Position numbers and translations under genes: made by a program. From Raja brachyura (taxonomy: Eukaryota): a DNA stretch of 64,000 nt. The notes beneath the pieces are model-generated. The model was given only the letters and a program-made list of their open reading frames with translations, searched no databases and had not been told where the DNA came from. Location: positions 5,332,001-5,396,000 of the forward strand of contig OY740790.1 in assembly GCA_963514005.1 (NCBI GenBank). The letters are read 5' to 3'. Shown here piece by piece: positions 63,220 through 64,000 of the stretch; within the stretch, counting starts at the first letter, position 1, and the number at the start of each line of letters is the position of its first letter.

Positions 63220-63390
63220 TGCGTGTGCGTGTGGAGTTTGCACGTTCGCCCTGTGACCACGTGGCTTCTCCTCTGGGTGTGTGTGTGTGGAGTTTGCACG
63301 TTCTCCCTGTGACCACGTGGCTTCTCCTCTGGGCGTGTGCGTGTGGAGTTTGCACGTTCTCTCTGTGACTGCATGGCTTCTCCTCCAGAT
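63220..63390 (+). repeat. ~54-bp tandem repeat derived from the SINE core (GTGTGGAGTTTGCACGTTCTCCCTGTGACCACGTGGCTTCTCCTCTGG)
   Basis: Three copies at ~63230, 63285 and 63340. Confidence 0.75.
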
Positions 63391-63574
63391 GTGTGTGCTG
63401 ATGGGTTGTGCTCCCTACTCGCAGGGTGTTTCAAGGGTTGGAGGTCAAGAAAAACAGCTCTCCCACTAAGAGCTGCGAGCAACCCAAGTCCCTCAGAGGC
63501 AGCTCTGGGGAGACCATGGACTCCGTAGGCATTTCATCATTGTACTACAACAACTGAAAATTGAAGAGACCTGC

Positions 63575-64000
63575 ACACCCACCGACATGCCCACCGACAC
63601 GCCCGCTGACATGCCCACTGACATGCCCAATGTCACGCCCACCTACATGCCCACTGTCATGCCCACTGACATGCCCACCTACACGCCCAATGACATGCCC
63701 ACCTACACGCCCAACGACATGCCCACCAACATGCCCACCGACACGCCCAATGACATGCCCACCTACACGCCCACCAACATGCCCACCTACACGCCCAACG
63801 ACATGCCCACCGACATGCCCACCAACATGCCCACCTACACGCCCAACGACATCCCCACCAACATGTCCACCGACATGCCCAATGACATGCCCACCGACAT
63901 GCCCACTGACATGCCCACTGACATGCCCACCGACATGCCCACTGACATGCCCACCAACATGCCCACCAACATGCCCACTGTCATGCCCACCGACATGCCC
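63575..64000 (+). repeat. 12-bp minisatellite (ACATGCCCACCG and variants), running off the window end
   Basis: Directly visible, ~35 copies. Confidence 0.95.

Overview
Cartilaginous-fish (probably skate/ray) genomic DNA, mostly transposon debris: CR1 LINEs, V-SINE/HE1-like SINEs, Penelope and Rex1 remnants, a Tc1 fragment, Harbinger and hAT MITEs, and non-autonomous Helitrons. The only host gene I can support is one germline, unrearranged immunoglobulin heavy-chain cluster on the minus strand (10126-11704): leader, intron, VH, D1, D2 and JH. It has a complete 23 | 12-D1-22 | 12-D2-12 | 23 RSS set, and the leader and V resemble IgW (IgX/IgD lineage). I found no constant exon in the 10 kb downstream of J, so positions 1-10125 are probably J-C intron. 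About 2.85 kb downstream of J lies a ~4.6 kb G-rich tandem array (2702-7281, ~220 units of 20-21 bp). Every unit carries GAGCT (AGCT) plus G-runs, and most also carry TGCT. This is the position and motif content of a tetrapod switch (S) region, in a lineage thought to switch isotypes without S regions. This is the top candidate finding, with caveats: the G-rich strand is the template strand, and the array may be a neutral or misassembled minisatellite.
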